A DNA stretch of 64,000 bases from an uncultured Desulfobacterales bacterium (GTDB lineage: Bacteria; Desulfobacterota; Desulfobaccia; Desulfobaccales; 0-14-0-80-60-11). This document shows positions 8,835-18,226 of the stretch, in pieces; within the stretch, counting starts at the first letter, position 1; each line of letters starts with the position of its first letter. The notes beneath the pieces are model-generated. The model was not told the DNA's origin and did not search any database. It was given only the letters and a program-made list of their open reading frames with translations. Both the position numbers and the translations under genes were made by a program. The stretch is from positions 184,057-248,056 of the forward strand of contig CAYZOP010000003.1 in the NCBI GenBank assembly GCA_964480485.1, in the 5' to 3' direction.

Positions 8835-9962
8835 TCAGGACAGGCTGATCCGGGCCATGGCCAGGTCGTTCAAAAACTCTTCCTGGACCGAGATGCCCAG
8901 ACCGGCCCCGGGAAGCGGCAGCCCCAGGCCCTCGTCACCGAAGGCCACCGAAGGCCGCACCGGATCCCGGGCCAGGAGATAAGGGGCCAGAGACCCCTCC
9001 ATGTACGCCAAAGGCCCGGCGCTCAGAGCAAAGTGCCGGCCGGCGGCCGCCAGGATGCTGGTCTCCCCCACGTGGCAGCCCACCTGCACCCCCAGTCCCG
9101 CCTTTCTGGCCATCTGGGCCAAACGCCAGGCAGGGCCTAACCCGCCGCACTTGGAGAGCCTGAGGTTGAAGATGCGGCAGGCCTTGAGCTCAATGAGCCG
9201 GGCGGCGTCTTTCTCGTTGCACAGCGATTCGTCGGCGATCACCGGGATGGGCAGCGCCGCCTGCACCCGCTGCAGGCCGGCCAGGTCGGCCTTGGCCACC
9301 GGCTGCTCCACCGCGCTGATCTTGAAGGGCAAAAATTCCCTGAGGCGGCGGATGGCTTGGTCCGCCTGCCAAGCCCCGTTGGCGTCCACGCGGATGTCGA
9401 TGTCCCAACCGCACTCCTCCCGGGCCCGGGCCAGGGTCTCCACATCGGCGGGTTCCCCCACCTTGAGCTTGAGATACCGCAGGCGCTTCTCCTTGACCAG
9501 GCGCAGAAACCTGTCTAACCGCTCGCCGGAGGCCAAGGGCAACACGGCGCTGTAGTAAACCCCTGGGCTCTGCTGGGATCCCAGGAGACGGCCCAGAGGC
9601 ACCCCCCAGGTGCGGGCGCCGGCATCCAGCAGGGCCAGCTCCATCGCGCAGGCGGCGGCGGGAAAGGAGACCGCCAGCTTTTCCAGGCGTTCCTGCAAGC
9701 CCCTCCATAGCGCCGCCGGGCCTCCCCAGGAAGAGCCGATAAGACCCGGCCCCAGAGTGCCCTCCAGGAGGGTCAGGGAGGCGGGAAGGGACTCCCCGGT
9801 CACAAAGTCCCGGGGAATCCCCTCGCCGTAACCCGTCAGGCCGTTCGCCGTTACCACCCGCACCACCAGGTTCTCGGAGAACTGGTGGTTCGCCAGCTTA
9901 TGCCTGAAGGGGAAGAGAAACGGCAATCTCAGGTGCCAAATATCCAGCCTCTCGATGATCAT
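8835..9962 (-). CDS. enolase-superfamily enzyme (dipeptide epimerase / muconate-lactonizing-enzyme subgroup)
   Basis: MIIERLDIWHLRLPF..., YLKLKVG, IRVDANGAW, VIADESL and FNLRLSKCGG carry the KxK / D / E / D / K catalytic pattern. I preferred the ATG at 9962 (GAGG upstream) over the TTG at 9986. Confidence 0.85.
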   Translation of the reverse strand: MIIERLDIWHLRLPFLFPFRHKLANHQFSENLVVRVVTANGLTGYGEGIPRDFVTGESLPASLTLLEGTLGPGLIGSSWGGPAALWRGLQERLEKLAVSFPAAACAMELALLDAGARTWGVPLGRLLGSQQSPGVYYSAVLPLASGERLDRFLRLVKEKRLRYLKLKVGEPADVETLARAREECGWDIDIRVDANGAWQADQAIRRLREFLPFKISAVEQPVAKADLAGLQRVQAALPIPVIADESLCNEKDAARLIELKACRIFNLRLSKCGGLGPAWRLAQMARKAGLGVQVGCHVGETSILAAAGRHFALSAGPLAYMEGSLAPYLLARDPVRPSVAFGDEGLGLPLPGAGLGISVQEEFLNDLAMARISLS

Positions 9963-10896
9963 GGGCAGCCTCAAGTTCCGGGGCAATCATGGTGCCGAAT
10001 TTCTTCCATTGATACCACAAAGCTGGCTCCGCCAGAACGGCTTTTTCCAGGACCGCCAGACAGCGGGGGGCAACCGGCAACGGTTCCGGCTGGCCGGGGC
10101 GGGTCACCGCCTCCAATTTAAGGGCGTAGCGCCTACCGCCCAGGCGGTGCACCAGACCCACCACCACCGGGGAACCCGACCGCTTCCGCAAGATTTCCAG
10201 GGTCTTGTCCGCCGGCAAGCGGCTGTTCAGAAAGGTGACCCCGGACTGGTCATCAAGGCGCCATTCGTCGAATTCATCCATCTCGGTGATGAGAATCCGG
10301 CCGGCCTTGAGGGCTTTGACGGCGGCCAGAAAGACATTGCCGCCGCTGGCATCGATGATGTCGAGATGTACCGCCCGGGCCCGCCTCAGGAGCGATTCCC
10401 GCAGGCGGTCGGTCTGGAACCGGCAGATCATGGACACGGGGAAGCCCTTAACCGCCAGACAGCCGGGCAGAAATTCCACCGCCCCGAAGTGGCCCGTCAC
10501 CAGAATGACCCCCCGGCCCTGGGCCAGGGCCTCCCGAAGCGCCGCTTCTCCTGTAAGGGAAATCCGTTTGTCCAGGAAACGCAGCAGTCGGGGAAAGTTG
10601 GAGTAGGCGGTGAAGAGCTTCTCGTGGTAGTGGTCCAGGATCCCTCGGAAGATGCGGCGGGTGGTGGCCCCCAGGCTTCCGGGAGGCCGGCTCCCCCCCA
10701 GGACATACCTGGCCACACGCCGGATGAGGTTCTTTTCCTTGCGGTTGAGCCAGAAATACAGCGCCCCCAGGAGGCCCAGATACCAGCGGGAAAGCCGGAA
10801 GGGCAGGAGGCGGAACAGGAAAACATTGCCCCTGGCCTGGCAAAATTTGCTGAGGCTGGGGGTGAAGCGGAAACCGGACAACAGGTGGGACAACAT
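9898..10896 (-). CDS. lysophospholipid/lipid A acyltransferase family protein (LpxL/HtrB-like)
   Basis: MLSHLLSGFRFTPSLSKF... with a membrane anchor, and ILVTGHFGAVEF (HX4E acyltransferase motif). AGGAGG lies upstream of the ATG at 10896. The 3' end overlaps the next gene by 65 nt. Confidence 0.8.
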   Translation of the reverse strand: MLSHLLSGFRFTPSLSKFCQARGNVFLFRLLPFRLSRWYLGLLGALYFWLNRKEKNLIRRVARYVLGGSRPPGSLGATTRRIFRGILDHYHEKLFTAYSNFPRLLRFLDKRISLTGEAALREALAQGRGVILVTGHFGAVEFLPGCLAVKGFPVSMICRFQTDRLRESLLRRARAVHLDIIDASGGNVFLAAVKALKAGRILITEMDEFDEWRLDDQSGVTFLNSRLPADKTLEILRKRSGSPVVVGLVHRLGGRRYALKLEAVTRPGQPEPLPVAPRCLAVLEKAVLAEPALWYQWKKFGTMIAPELEAAHDHREAGYLAPEIAVSLPLQA

Positions 10897-11489
10897 GGGG
10901 GGATCCTCCTTTCTTGGCCCGGCCCGGCTGGGCCATCGCCTGCAAACCTGAGGGCTCACCGGTTGGGCTGGGTTCGCCAATTTCTTGCTGGTGGGGAAAG
11001 ATGCATCAGCCACGCCCCGAAGGCTCATTTTTTCCCTGATAATTCTAGGGATTTTGCCTGGCTGATTGACAAACCTGATTATTTCTGAAAGGGTATTGCT
11101 GAGATACTTATAAGGTAATTCCTTAGTCTATTACAAGGAGAAACCGCTCCCCAAAAATAATTCTTGCCCGGAAAAATATTGTTAAAAGAATTTTCTATTC
11201 AATTACAAAGGGATACATATTTTCGGCCAACCAGCCGGAGCGGTGGCCGGGGGGGTCGGGGGGAGGGAAATTGTTGCCGGCTCCACCAGCGATGGCCCCG
11301 GTTTTTTCCCCAAATTTTTGGATAGACCACTTTTGTGGTATGATAATCACATTGTCGTCAGCCATTTTGCACCAGAAGCCGGTAAGGTTTTCCCGGCTCA
11401 GGCGGTGGCCGTCTGGCACCGCCCTGCCGGGCTCAGGCCAAGCCCACGGGAAACGCGTCGTCTCCGGGTTCTGACAAGGCCACGGCCTC

Positions 11490-13826
11490 ATGGAAAAACA
11501 CCACAGCTGCCTGAACACCCGGGCTATCATCGAATATTTCCAGGAGCATTTCCCCCACCAGGTGGAGAGTTTGTTGAGTGGACTGGACGCGGAAATTTGC
11601 CGGCTCCCCAACCCCCGGGAGTTCCTCATGGAGACCAACAACTGGGTTTCCAGCCGCGTGGTCATCCAGATGTTTGACAATGCCAAGCGGCTCACCCGGG
11701 ATCCGGAAATCGCCTTCAAAATCGGCTTTGACTCCGCTTCCCGCAAAAAATTGGGCTACGTCCAGCGCATTATCCTGTTGGCTTACAAAAATCCCCGCAT
11801 GTCTGTCAAAAGAGTGCAGAAAATTAATGATAAATTTAATAGAAACAAGCGCATCGAACTTGTTAACAGTGATCGTACCAGCGCTACCATCAGGCTGCAC
11901 TGGTTTAAAGATATCCCCAGCGCGAAAGACTTTTGTCGGTTCAACAAGGGAATATATGCCGGCATCCCCACTATTTGGAATCTTCCCCCTGCCATTCTGG
12001 AAGAAACCCGGTGTTTTTTTCAGGGCGAACCTTATTGCGAGTATCACATCAAGTGGATAAAGAAATTCTCTGTAAGAGAACGGTTATTGAATTTTCTCGT
12101 TCCTTGGCGGGCCCTGAAATATACCATTGAGGAACTGGAGCGCGACAAGGATCTTCTCAGGGCAAAATTTGAAGAAGTCCATCGCTTGAATATTGAGCTC
12201 AGGGAAAAAATCGACGAACTCCTCAAGTTGCAGGAGGAGTTGCGCAAGAGTGAAGCGAAATTCCGCAACCTTCTGGATTACCTGCCTGGGGTGGCCGTCC
12301 AGGGTTATGACGCCCGGGGGCGGATTCTTTACTGGAACAAGGCCAGCGAGGAGATTTACGGGTATACTGCCGCTGAAGCCGTGGGACAGAGCGTCGAGAC
12401 CCTGATCATCCCCCCGGGGCTTACCGATTGGTTCCGGCGGGGTTTGCAGCAGGGGGCCGAAGCCTTCAGGAGCGGAGAGTTCCTGCCGCCCGGAGAGCAG
12501 TATCTGAAGCGCAAGGACGGCGGCCTCAGGCCCGTGCACTCCATCCACACGGTGGTCTGCCTGGACCAGAGCGAACCCCTGATGTTCCGCATCGACGTGG
12601 ACCTGACGGAGCGCAAGCGGGTGGAGGAAGAGCTCAGGAACTACCGGGACCACCTGGAAAAGCTCGTCCAGGAACGCACCGCCGAACTCACCGAGGTCAA
12701 CCTCAGTCTCCAACAGGAAATCCAAGGACACCAGCGCACCGAAAAGGCGCTCCGGGCCAGCGAAGAGCGGTTTCGCACCATCTTTGAAGGGGCTCCCGTG
12801 GGCATCGGCCTGAGCGACCTGGAGGGATGCTTCCTCACCGGCAACCCGGCTTTGGCCCGGATCCTGGGCTACAGCCTGGCCGAACTGCGGGGCTTGAACT
12901 TCAATGCCCTCTGCCACCCCGAGGAGGCGGCTGTGGGGGAGACCCTCTTTGGGGAACTGATCCGGGGAAACCGGCCGTTTTATGAGCGGGAAGGACGCTG
13001 CCGCCATCGCAACGGGTCATATCTCTGGTACTGGGTGCATGTCTCGCCCATTCGGGACACCGCGGGGATACCCCAGTTCGCCCTGTTCATGCTCAAAGAC
13101 ATCACCCGGGACAAGCAGGTTCAGGAAGAGATTCAGGCCTATCAGGAGCGGCTGCGCTCCCTGGCTTCTGAGCTGGCCCTGACCGAAGAGCGGGAGCGGC
13201 GCCGCCTGGCCGCCGACCTCCATGACCATATCGGCCAGATCCTGGCCATGGCCCAGATCAAGCTGGGGGCGATCCTGAACGAGGCACAGTCCCCCGCCGC
13301 CGAGGCCGCGGTCCACGAGATCCGGACCTTGCTCCGCCAGGCCATCCAATATTCCCGCTCCCTCACCTTTGAATTGGGCCTGCCGGTGCTCTATGATCTG
13401 GGGCTGGAAGCTGCGGTGGAATGGCTGGCCGACCAGATTCATGAGCAGCACGGCCTCCCCGTCCGGGTGACCCGGGACCAGCAACCCAAGCCCTTGGGGG
13501 AGGCGGCCAGCCTGCTCATCTTCCGGGTGCTGCGGGAATTGCTCATCAACGTGGTGAAACACGCTGACGCCTCCCGGGTGGAGATCGATATCCACCGGGA
13601 GGGAGACCATCTGGCTGTCCGGGTAACGGACGACGGCCGGGGATTCGATCCCAGGGAGGCCGCTTCCCTGGCAAGGCGCACCCCCGGGTACGGGTTGTTC
13701 AGCATCCGGGAGCGCCTGAGCCACTTGGGCGGCTATCTGGACATCCGCTCCGGGGCAGGCCGGGGCACCTCCGCCACCGTCGTGGTCCCCCTGGATCTGA
13801 ATAAGGAGATGATGGTGGCCAATTAG
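11490..13826 (+). CDS. sensor histidine kinase: V4R/DUF2378-like N-terminal domain, coiled coil, PAS domains, HisKA_3, HATPase_c
   Basis: The N-terminal roughly 190 aa end in LEETRCFFQGEPYCEYHIKW (V4R-like Cys pair). PAS segments follow (YWNKASEEIYGYTAAEAVGQS; FLTGNPALARILGYSLAELRG). The dimerisation/phosphoacceptor region is RRRLAADLHDHIGQ (NarX/DegS type). The ATPase region is GRGFD...GYGLFSIRERL. Confidence 0.9.
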   Translation: MEKHHSCLNTRAIIEYFQEHFPHQVESLLSGLDAEICRLPNPREFLMETNNWVSSRVVIQMFDNAKRLTRDPEIAFKIGFDSASRKKLGYVQRIILLAYKNPRMSVKRVQKINDKFNRNKRIELVNSDRTSATIRLHWFKDIPSAKDFCRFNKGIYAGIPTIWNLPPAILEETRCFFQGEPYCEYHIKWIKKFSVRERLLNFLVPWRALKYTIEELERDKDLLRAKFEEVHRLNIELREKIDELLKLQEELRKSEAKFRNLLDYLPGVAVQGYDARGRILYWNKASEEIYGYTAAEAVGQSVETLIIPPGLTDWFRRGLQQGAEAFRSGEFLPPGEQYLKRKDGGLRPVHSIHTVVCLDQSEPLMFRIDVDLTERKRVEEELRNYRDHLEKLVQERTAELTEVNLSLQQEIQGHQRTEKALRASEERFRTIFEGAPVGIGLSDLEGCFLTGNPALARILGYSLAELRGLNFNALCHPEEAAVGETLFGELIRGNRPFYEREGRCRHRNGSYLWYWVHVSPIRDTAGIPQFALFMLKDITRDKQVQEEIQAYQERLRSLASELALTEERERRRLAADLHDHIGQILAMAQIKLGAILNEAQSPAAEAAVHEIRTLLRQAIQYSRSLTFELGLPVLYDLGLEAAVEWLADQIHEQHGLPVRVTRDQQPKPLGEAASLLIFRVLRELLINVVKHADASRVEIDIHREGDHLAVRVTDDGRGFDPREAASLARRTPGYGLFSIRERLSHLGGYLDIRSGAGRGTSATVVVPLDLNKEMMVAN

Positions 13827-13842
13827 GGGCCGCCGGGCCAGC

Positions 13843-14478
13843 ATGGAAGAGCGGGTCAGCATTCCGGGGCCGGGAGTCTGCCTGGAGGGGCGGTTTCAGG
13901 CCGGGACCGGGGCCGGGGGGGTGATCATCACCCACCCCCATCCTCTCTACGGTGGCAGCATGGACAACAACGTGGTGTGGACGGCCCGGCAGGCCTTTGG
14001 GGCTCGGGGGGCGGCCACTTTGCGCTTCAATTTTCGCGGCGTGGGGCAGAGCACCGGGACTTTCGGCCAGGGACTGAAGGAAGTGGAGGACCTGGAGGCA
14101 GCCTTGGCCTGCTTGCGCGGCCGCACTCCGGGTCCCTATGCAGTGGTGGGATATTCCTTCGGCGCGGCGGTGGCAGCCCGGTCCTTGCTGACCGGTCTCC
14201 AGGGGGTGGCAGGCCTCCTCATCGCCCCGCCCATCGCCTTCATGGACCTGGCCTTTCTCCCCCGGGTGCCGCGGCTTGCCGGCCTCGTGGTGGGGGAGTT
14301 TGACGATCTGTGCCCCCTGCCGGAACTGAAGCGTCTGCTGTCGGGCCGACCCGAGCCAGTGCCTCTTTCGGTGGTGCCGTTGGCGGACCATTTTTTCAGC
14401 GGCAGAGAGGAGGCTTTATACCAGGTGCTGAAAGATTTTCCCCTGATGGGCTGGGGACCGGCTGATGCGCCCGCCTGA
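13843..14478 (+). CDS. alpha/beta hydrolase (COG2945-like)
   Basis: ITHPHPLYGGSMDNNVV and the nucleophile elbow GYSFGA. 211 aa. Confidence 0.8.
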   Translation: MEERVSIPGPGVCLEGRFQAGTGAGGVIITHPHPLYGGSMDNNVVWTARQAFGARGAATLRFNFRGVGQSTGTFGQGLKEVEDLEAALACLRGRTPGPYAVVGYSFGAAVAARSLLTGLQGVAGLLIAPPIAFMDLAFLPRVPRLAGLVVGEFDDLCPLPELKRLLSGRPEPVPLSVVPLADHFFSGREEALYQVLKDFPLMGWGPADAPA

Positions 14479-15682
14479 GTCGCCGGCGGATTCCGGGCCG
14501 TCCCCTGAGCAGGCCGTGTCCCGGGTGCTCATCGTCGCCTGGGACCGGACCTGCCTCATCCCGGTGTTCGGCGAGGCCGCCTTGTTCCGCCTGGTGCGCC
14601 TGGCCGCTTCCGAAAACCGGGCAGTCACGGTGTGGCTGGCCCCCGATCTCCTCACCGTCCTTGCCGGGAGGCCCCGGCAGGCGCAGACCCTGGTGAGCTG
14701 GCAGGTTTTGGATTTCGCCGAACTCCCGAAGGCCGGCCCTACCCTGGCAGCCGACCCCGACGAGACGCTTCTGGTACTTTCTGGGAACAGCGTCTGGGAC
14801 CGCCTCACCTTCCGGGCCGCCCTGGGAGCGGCCGGGAGGCACGGCCCGTTTTCTCCCTGTCGGCTGAAGGCCCGGGAGGTGACGGCAGCGGTGGCCGGAT
14901 GGCGGGAAACCGGCGGGAATCTGCCTGCCTTGGGTTCCACCCTGCCGGTTTTTCTCCACCGCCCGGAGGATTCCCGGCTGGCAGAGTCCCTGCTGGTGTC
15001 GGCCCTGGCGGCAGCCACCCAGGGAAGTGACGGCATGCTGGCCCGATGGGTGGACCGCCCCCTTTCCCGGCGGCTCAGCCCGGTGCTGGCGGCCCGGCGG
15101 ACGTCGCCCCACGCCGTCACGCTGGCGGGAACCACCGTCGGCTGTCTGGGGGCCCTGCTTCTGGCCCAGGGCGGTTATTGGCCGCATCTTTTGGGAGCCC
15201 TGCTGTTTCTGGCGGCGGTGGTCCTGGATGGGGTGGACGGCGAGGTGGCCCGCCTGACCGTGAGGGAGACGCGCTTCGGCCACTACCTGGACATCATCAC
15301 CGACAACCTGGTTCACCTGGCCGTGTTCTGCGGCATTGCCTGGGGGTTGTCCCGTCAGGCCGCCGATGTCCGCCACCTCTATGCCCTGGCCCTGCTGCTG
15401 CCAGGCTTCGGATTGAGCGCCCTGGCAGCCTACCTGGTGCTGACCCGAATCGAACTCCCGCCGGAGTGTTGGCCATCCTGGACGCGCCGGTTGGTGGCCG
15501 CCCTCAACAGCCGGGACTTTGCCTATGTGGTGGTGCTCCTGGCAATGATGGACCGGTTGGCCTGGTTTCTCTGGGGGGCGGCGGTGGGAAGCAATGTCTT
15601 TGCCGGCTGCTTGTTTCTGCTTTACCGACAATGCCGGCGCCCTCCGCCCCAAGGCGGCTTAAGTATAAGGAGACCCACGTGA
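14465..15682 (+). CDS. CDP-alcohol phosphotransferase, DIPPS-like, with N-terminal degenerate nucleotidyltransferase-like domain
   Basis: Perfect motif D-x2-DG-x2-AR-x8-G-x3-D-x3-D (DGVDGEVARLTVRETRFGHYLDIITD, nt 15227-15304). The preceding linker DGMLARWVDRPLSRRLSPVL resembles IPCT-DIPPS fusions. The N-terminal roughly 190 aa lack a GxGxRL loop. Confidence 0.85.
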   Translation: MRPPESPADSGPSPEQAVSRVLIVAWDRTCLIPVFGEAALFRLVRLAASENRAVTVWLAPDLLTVLAGRPRQAQTLVSWQVLDFAELPKAGPTLAADPDETLLVLSGNSVWDRLTFRAALGAAGRHGPFSPCRLKAREVTAAVAGWRETGGNLPALGSTLPVFLHRPEDSRLAESLLVSALAAATQGSDGMLARWVDRPLSRRLSPVLAARRTSPHAVTLAGTTVGCLGALLLAQGGYWPHLLGALLFLAAVVLDGVDGEVARLTVRETRFGHYLDIITDNLVHLAVFCGIAWGLSRQAADVRHLYALALLLPGFGLSALAAYLVLTRIELPPECWPSWTRRLVAALNSRDFAYVVVLLAMMDRLAWFLWGAAVGSNVFAGCLFLLYRQCRRPPPQGGLSIRRPT

Positions 15683-15801
15683 TGTCAACCGGCACCGCCA
15701 GAGCCTCGGGCTGGGGGCGGTGACTCCCCGGAAAGCTTCATGGCCCGCCGCGCCGGTGCCCGGTCAGTCTTTTTTTCACCCTTATGCCCAAGTGAGAACC
15801 T

Positions 15802-16509
15802 ATGTCCCCGATTGATTTGCGCCACGTTCAGGGAGTCCTCTTCGATCTGGGGGGCACCCTGGACGGCGACGGCGAACACTGGCTGAACCGCTTCTGGCTG
15901 CTCTACCAGAAGCATCTCCCGGAGGTGACCTTCTCCGAGCTGAAGGCCGCCTTTTACCGAGCCGAGGAGGTCTGCCTGGCCGATCCCCAGGTTGCCTCCC
16001 TTACCCTGCCCCGCCTGGTTGATTTCCATGTGGCCCGGCAGTTAGCCGCCCTGGGGCTTGGTGAGGCCGCCGCCCCCAAACTCTCACGGGAATTTCTGGA
16101 GGGCTGCCGCCAGGTTATCCGGCGCAACGCCTATCTTCTGCACAGTCTGGTTAACCGCTACCGGCTGGGGGTGGTCACCAACTGGTACGGCAACGCCGCC
16201 CGCCTCCTGGCTCAGGAAGCCATCGCCCTGTGGTTCGCAGTCATCGTGGATTCAGCCCAGGTGGGCGTGCGCAAGCCCGATCCGGCCATCTTCCGCCTGG
16301 CTGCTAAGGAACTGGGCTTCCCACCGGACCAGGTGGTTTATGTGGGGGACTCCTACGGCCAGGACATCCGGCCGGCCAAGGCCGCGGGCCTGATTACCGT
16401 GTGGCTCCGAAACGACGCCATGAGCGCGCCGCTGCCCCCGGACTTCGACCCCGCCCTGGCAGACTTCGAGATTCACCGCCTCACCGAATTGGAGGAACTC
16501 CTGCCGTGA
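15802..16509 (+). CDS. HAD-superfamily hydrolase
   Basis: Motif I is VLFDLGGTLD (D-x-G, so the second Asp is replaced). Motif IV is VYVGDSYGQDI. 235 aa. Confidence 0.85.
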   Translation: MSPIDLRHVQGVLFDLGGTLDGDGEHWLNRFWLLYQKHLPEVTFSELKAAFYRAEEVCLADPQVASLTLPRLVDFHVARQLAALGLGEAAAPKLSREFLEGCRQVIRRNAYLLHSLVNRYRLGVVTNWYGNAARLLAQEAIALWFAVIVDSAQVGVRKPDPAIFRLAAKELGFPPDQVVYVGDSYGQDIRPAKAAGLITVWLRNDAMSAPLPPDFDPALADFEIHRLTELEELLP

Positions 16510-17198
16510 AGGGAGGCATCATCGCCGCCGGGGTGGGCAGCCGCCTGGCCCAAGGCGGCGTGGTTGCTCCCAAACCCCTGGTGCGGGTGGCGGGCGATAC
16601 TCTCATCGGCCGGGTCATCCGGGAAATGGCCGCCGCCGGCGCCGCCTCGGTGGCGGTCATCACCACCCCGGCCTTCCCTCAAGTGGCTGCCTACCTGCGC
16701 CGGGAGCCCTGGCCTCTTCCGGTGTCCGTTACGGAATGGGCCAGCCCCCATTCTCTGGCCAGTCTGCTGGCGCTTAGGCCCTTTCTGGACGAACCCTTTG
16801 TGCTGTCCACGGTGGACGCCATCCTGGCCCCCGGCGCCCTGGCCCGCTTTGCCGCCGCCGCCCAAGCTGCCGCCGCTGACGGAGCCCTGGCCCTCACCTC
16901 CTGCATCGACGACGAAAAGCCGCTGTATGTGGAGCTGGGGCCTGACCACCGGGTGCTCTCCGTGGGCCGGGGGAAAAGCCCCTGGATCACCGCGGGCTGC
17001 TATGCCTTTACGCCCCGGGTGTTCGACTTCGAGGCCGCGGCCCGGGCCCGGCGGTTGTCGGCCCTGCGGCAGTTCCTGGCCTTCCTGGCGGAGGCTGGCT
17101 TCACCCTGACGGGAATCGACGTGGGTCCGGCGGTGGACGTGGACCACCCTGAGGACCTCGCCCGGGCCGAGGCGTTTCTGAGATCCGGCGTCTTCTGA
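16506..17198 (+). CDS. nucleotidyltransferase (NTP transferase fold), candidate inositol-1-phosphate cytidylyltransferase
   Basis: The GTG start at 16506 overlaps the HAD stop (GTGA). GIIAAGVGSRL is the GxGxRL nucleotide-binding loop, followed by KPLVRVAG. The substrate is inferred from context only. Confidence 0.75.
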   Translation: MKGGIIAAGVGSRLAQGGVVAPKPLVRVAGDTLIGRVIREMAAAGAASVAVITTPAFPQVAAYLRREPWPLPVSVTEWASPHSLASLLALRPFLDEPFVLSTVDAILAPGALARFAAAAQAAAADGALALTSCIDDEKPLYVELGPDHRVLSVGRGKSPWITAGCYAFTPRVFDFEAAARARRLSALRQFLAFLAEAGFTLTGIDVGPAVDVDHPEDLARAEAFLRSGVF

Positions 17199-17392
17199 AA
17201 GAGGGAGGTGGAGGCCCCCGGCCAGCCCCCTCAGGCTCCCTCCCCCAACCCCTGATTGGGAGGCTGATGGGCGGGTTTGCCCAAAGACCGGAGCGCCGCA
17301 CTCCCCCAGGCCTCCCCGCACCGGCGGTTAGCCGGGCCCCTTCCTCATTTTGGGGATGACAAGGGGGCCGGCGACCTGATAGAAAATACCAT

Positions 17393-18226
17393 TTGGCTGA
17401 CGCGATGCTTCGACCTGAGCGCACCATCGTCGGCATCTACCGGGAGACCGCCCTGTCCCCCGGCAAGGTGGAAGCCGACGCCGCCATCTTAAACGAGGTG
17501 CTGGCCGGCCTGGAAACCGCCGGCTGGAAGACCCTCACCCTCTCTGCCGACGACCTGCCCCAGAGGCCGCCGGCGGCCAGGGGGGTCTTGCACCTGGCCC
17601 AGGGGCCTGAGGCCCTGAAGCGCCTCATAGCCTGGGAGGCTGCGGGCCTGAGGCTCATCAATTCGCCCCAGGCGGTCCGTCGCTGCTACCGGCGGTTTCT
17701 GCCGCCCATCATGGCGAAGGCCGGGGTGCCTTACCCGGAGACCCGCCTGTACGGCCGGCTGCAGGCCGAGGCCGACTTCCCCCGGGAGTTTCCCGGCCCC
17801 GGCTGGCTGAAGCGGGCGGAAATCCACGCCGAGGGCCCCGGCGATGTGCGCCTGGTGCATACCCTGGGCGAGGCTTGGGAGGTATTGGGGGACTTCCGAG
17901 CCCGGGGCATCGACGCCTTGGTCTGGCAGGAGCACCTCGCCGGCCGGGAGATAAAATTTTACGGCGTCGGCCCGGGACGGTTTTTTTGGGCTGCGGCCGC
18001 CGACGGCGAGGCCGACCTGCCGCAGGCAGAGAGGGCGCGGCTGGCCTCCCTGGCCGTCAAGGCCGCCGGGGCGGTGGAGCTCACGGTCTTCGGCGGCGAT
18101 GCCATTCTCACCCCCGAGGGGAACCCCGTACTCATTGATCTGAACGACTGGCCCAGCTTTTCCCGCTGCCGGGAGGCCGCGGCCAAGGAGATTGTGGCCC
18201 ATGTCCTTGACACCTTCGCAGACTGA
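17393..18226 (+). CDS. ATP-grasp fold protein, function unknown
   Basis: The C-terminal FGGDAILTPEGNPVLIDLNDWPSF is the ATP-grasp metal-binding strand (D-x-N variant). 277 aa. An alternative start exists at 17405. Confidence 0.7.
   Translation: MADAMLRPERTIVGIYRETALSPGKVEADAAILNEVLAGLETAGWKTLTLSADDLPQRPPAARGVLHLAQGPEALKRLIAWEAAGLRLINSPQAVRRCYRRFLPPIMAKAGVPYPETRLYGRLQAEADFPREFPGPGWLKRAEIHAEGPGDVRLVHTLGEAWEVLGDFRARGIDALVWQEHLAGREIKFYGVGPGRFFWAAAADGEADLPQAERARLASLAVKAAGAVELTVFGGDAILTPEGNPVLIDLNDWPSFSRCREAAAKEIVAHVLDTFAD

Noticed and set aside
11395-11415. TGGCAC-containing sequence upstream of the V4R kinase as a sigma54 promoter
   Set aside because: The GG to GC spacing is 9 nt rather than 10, and there is no TTGC-like -12 element.
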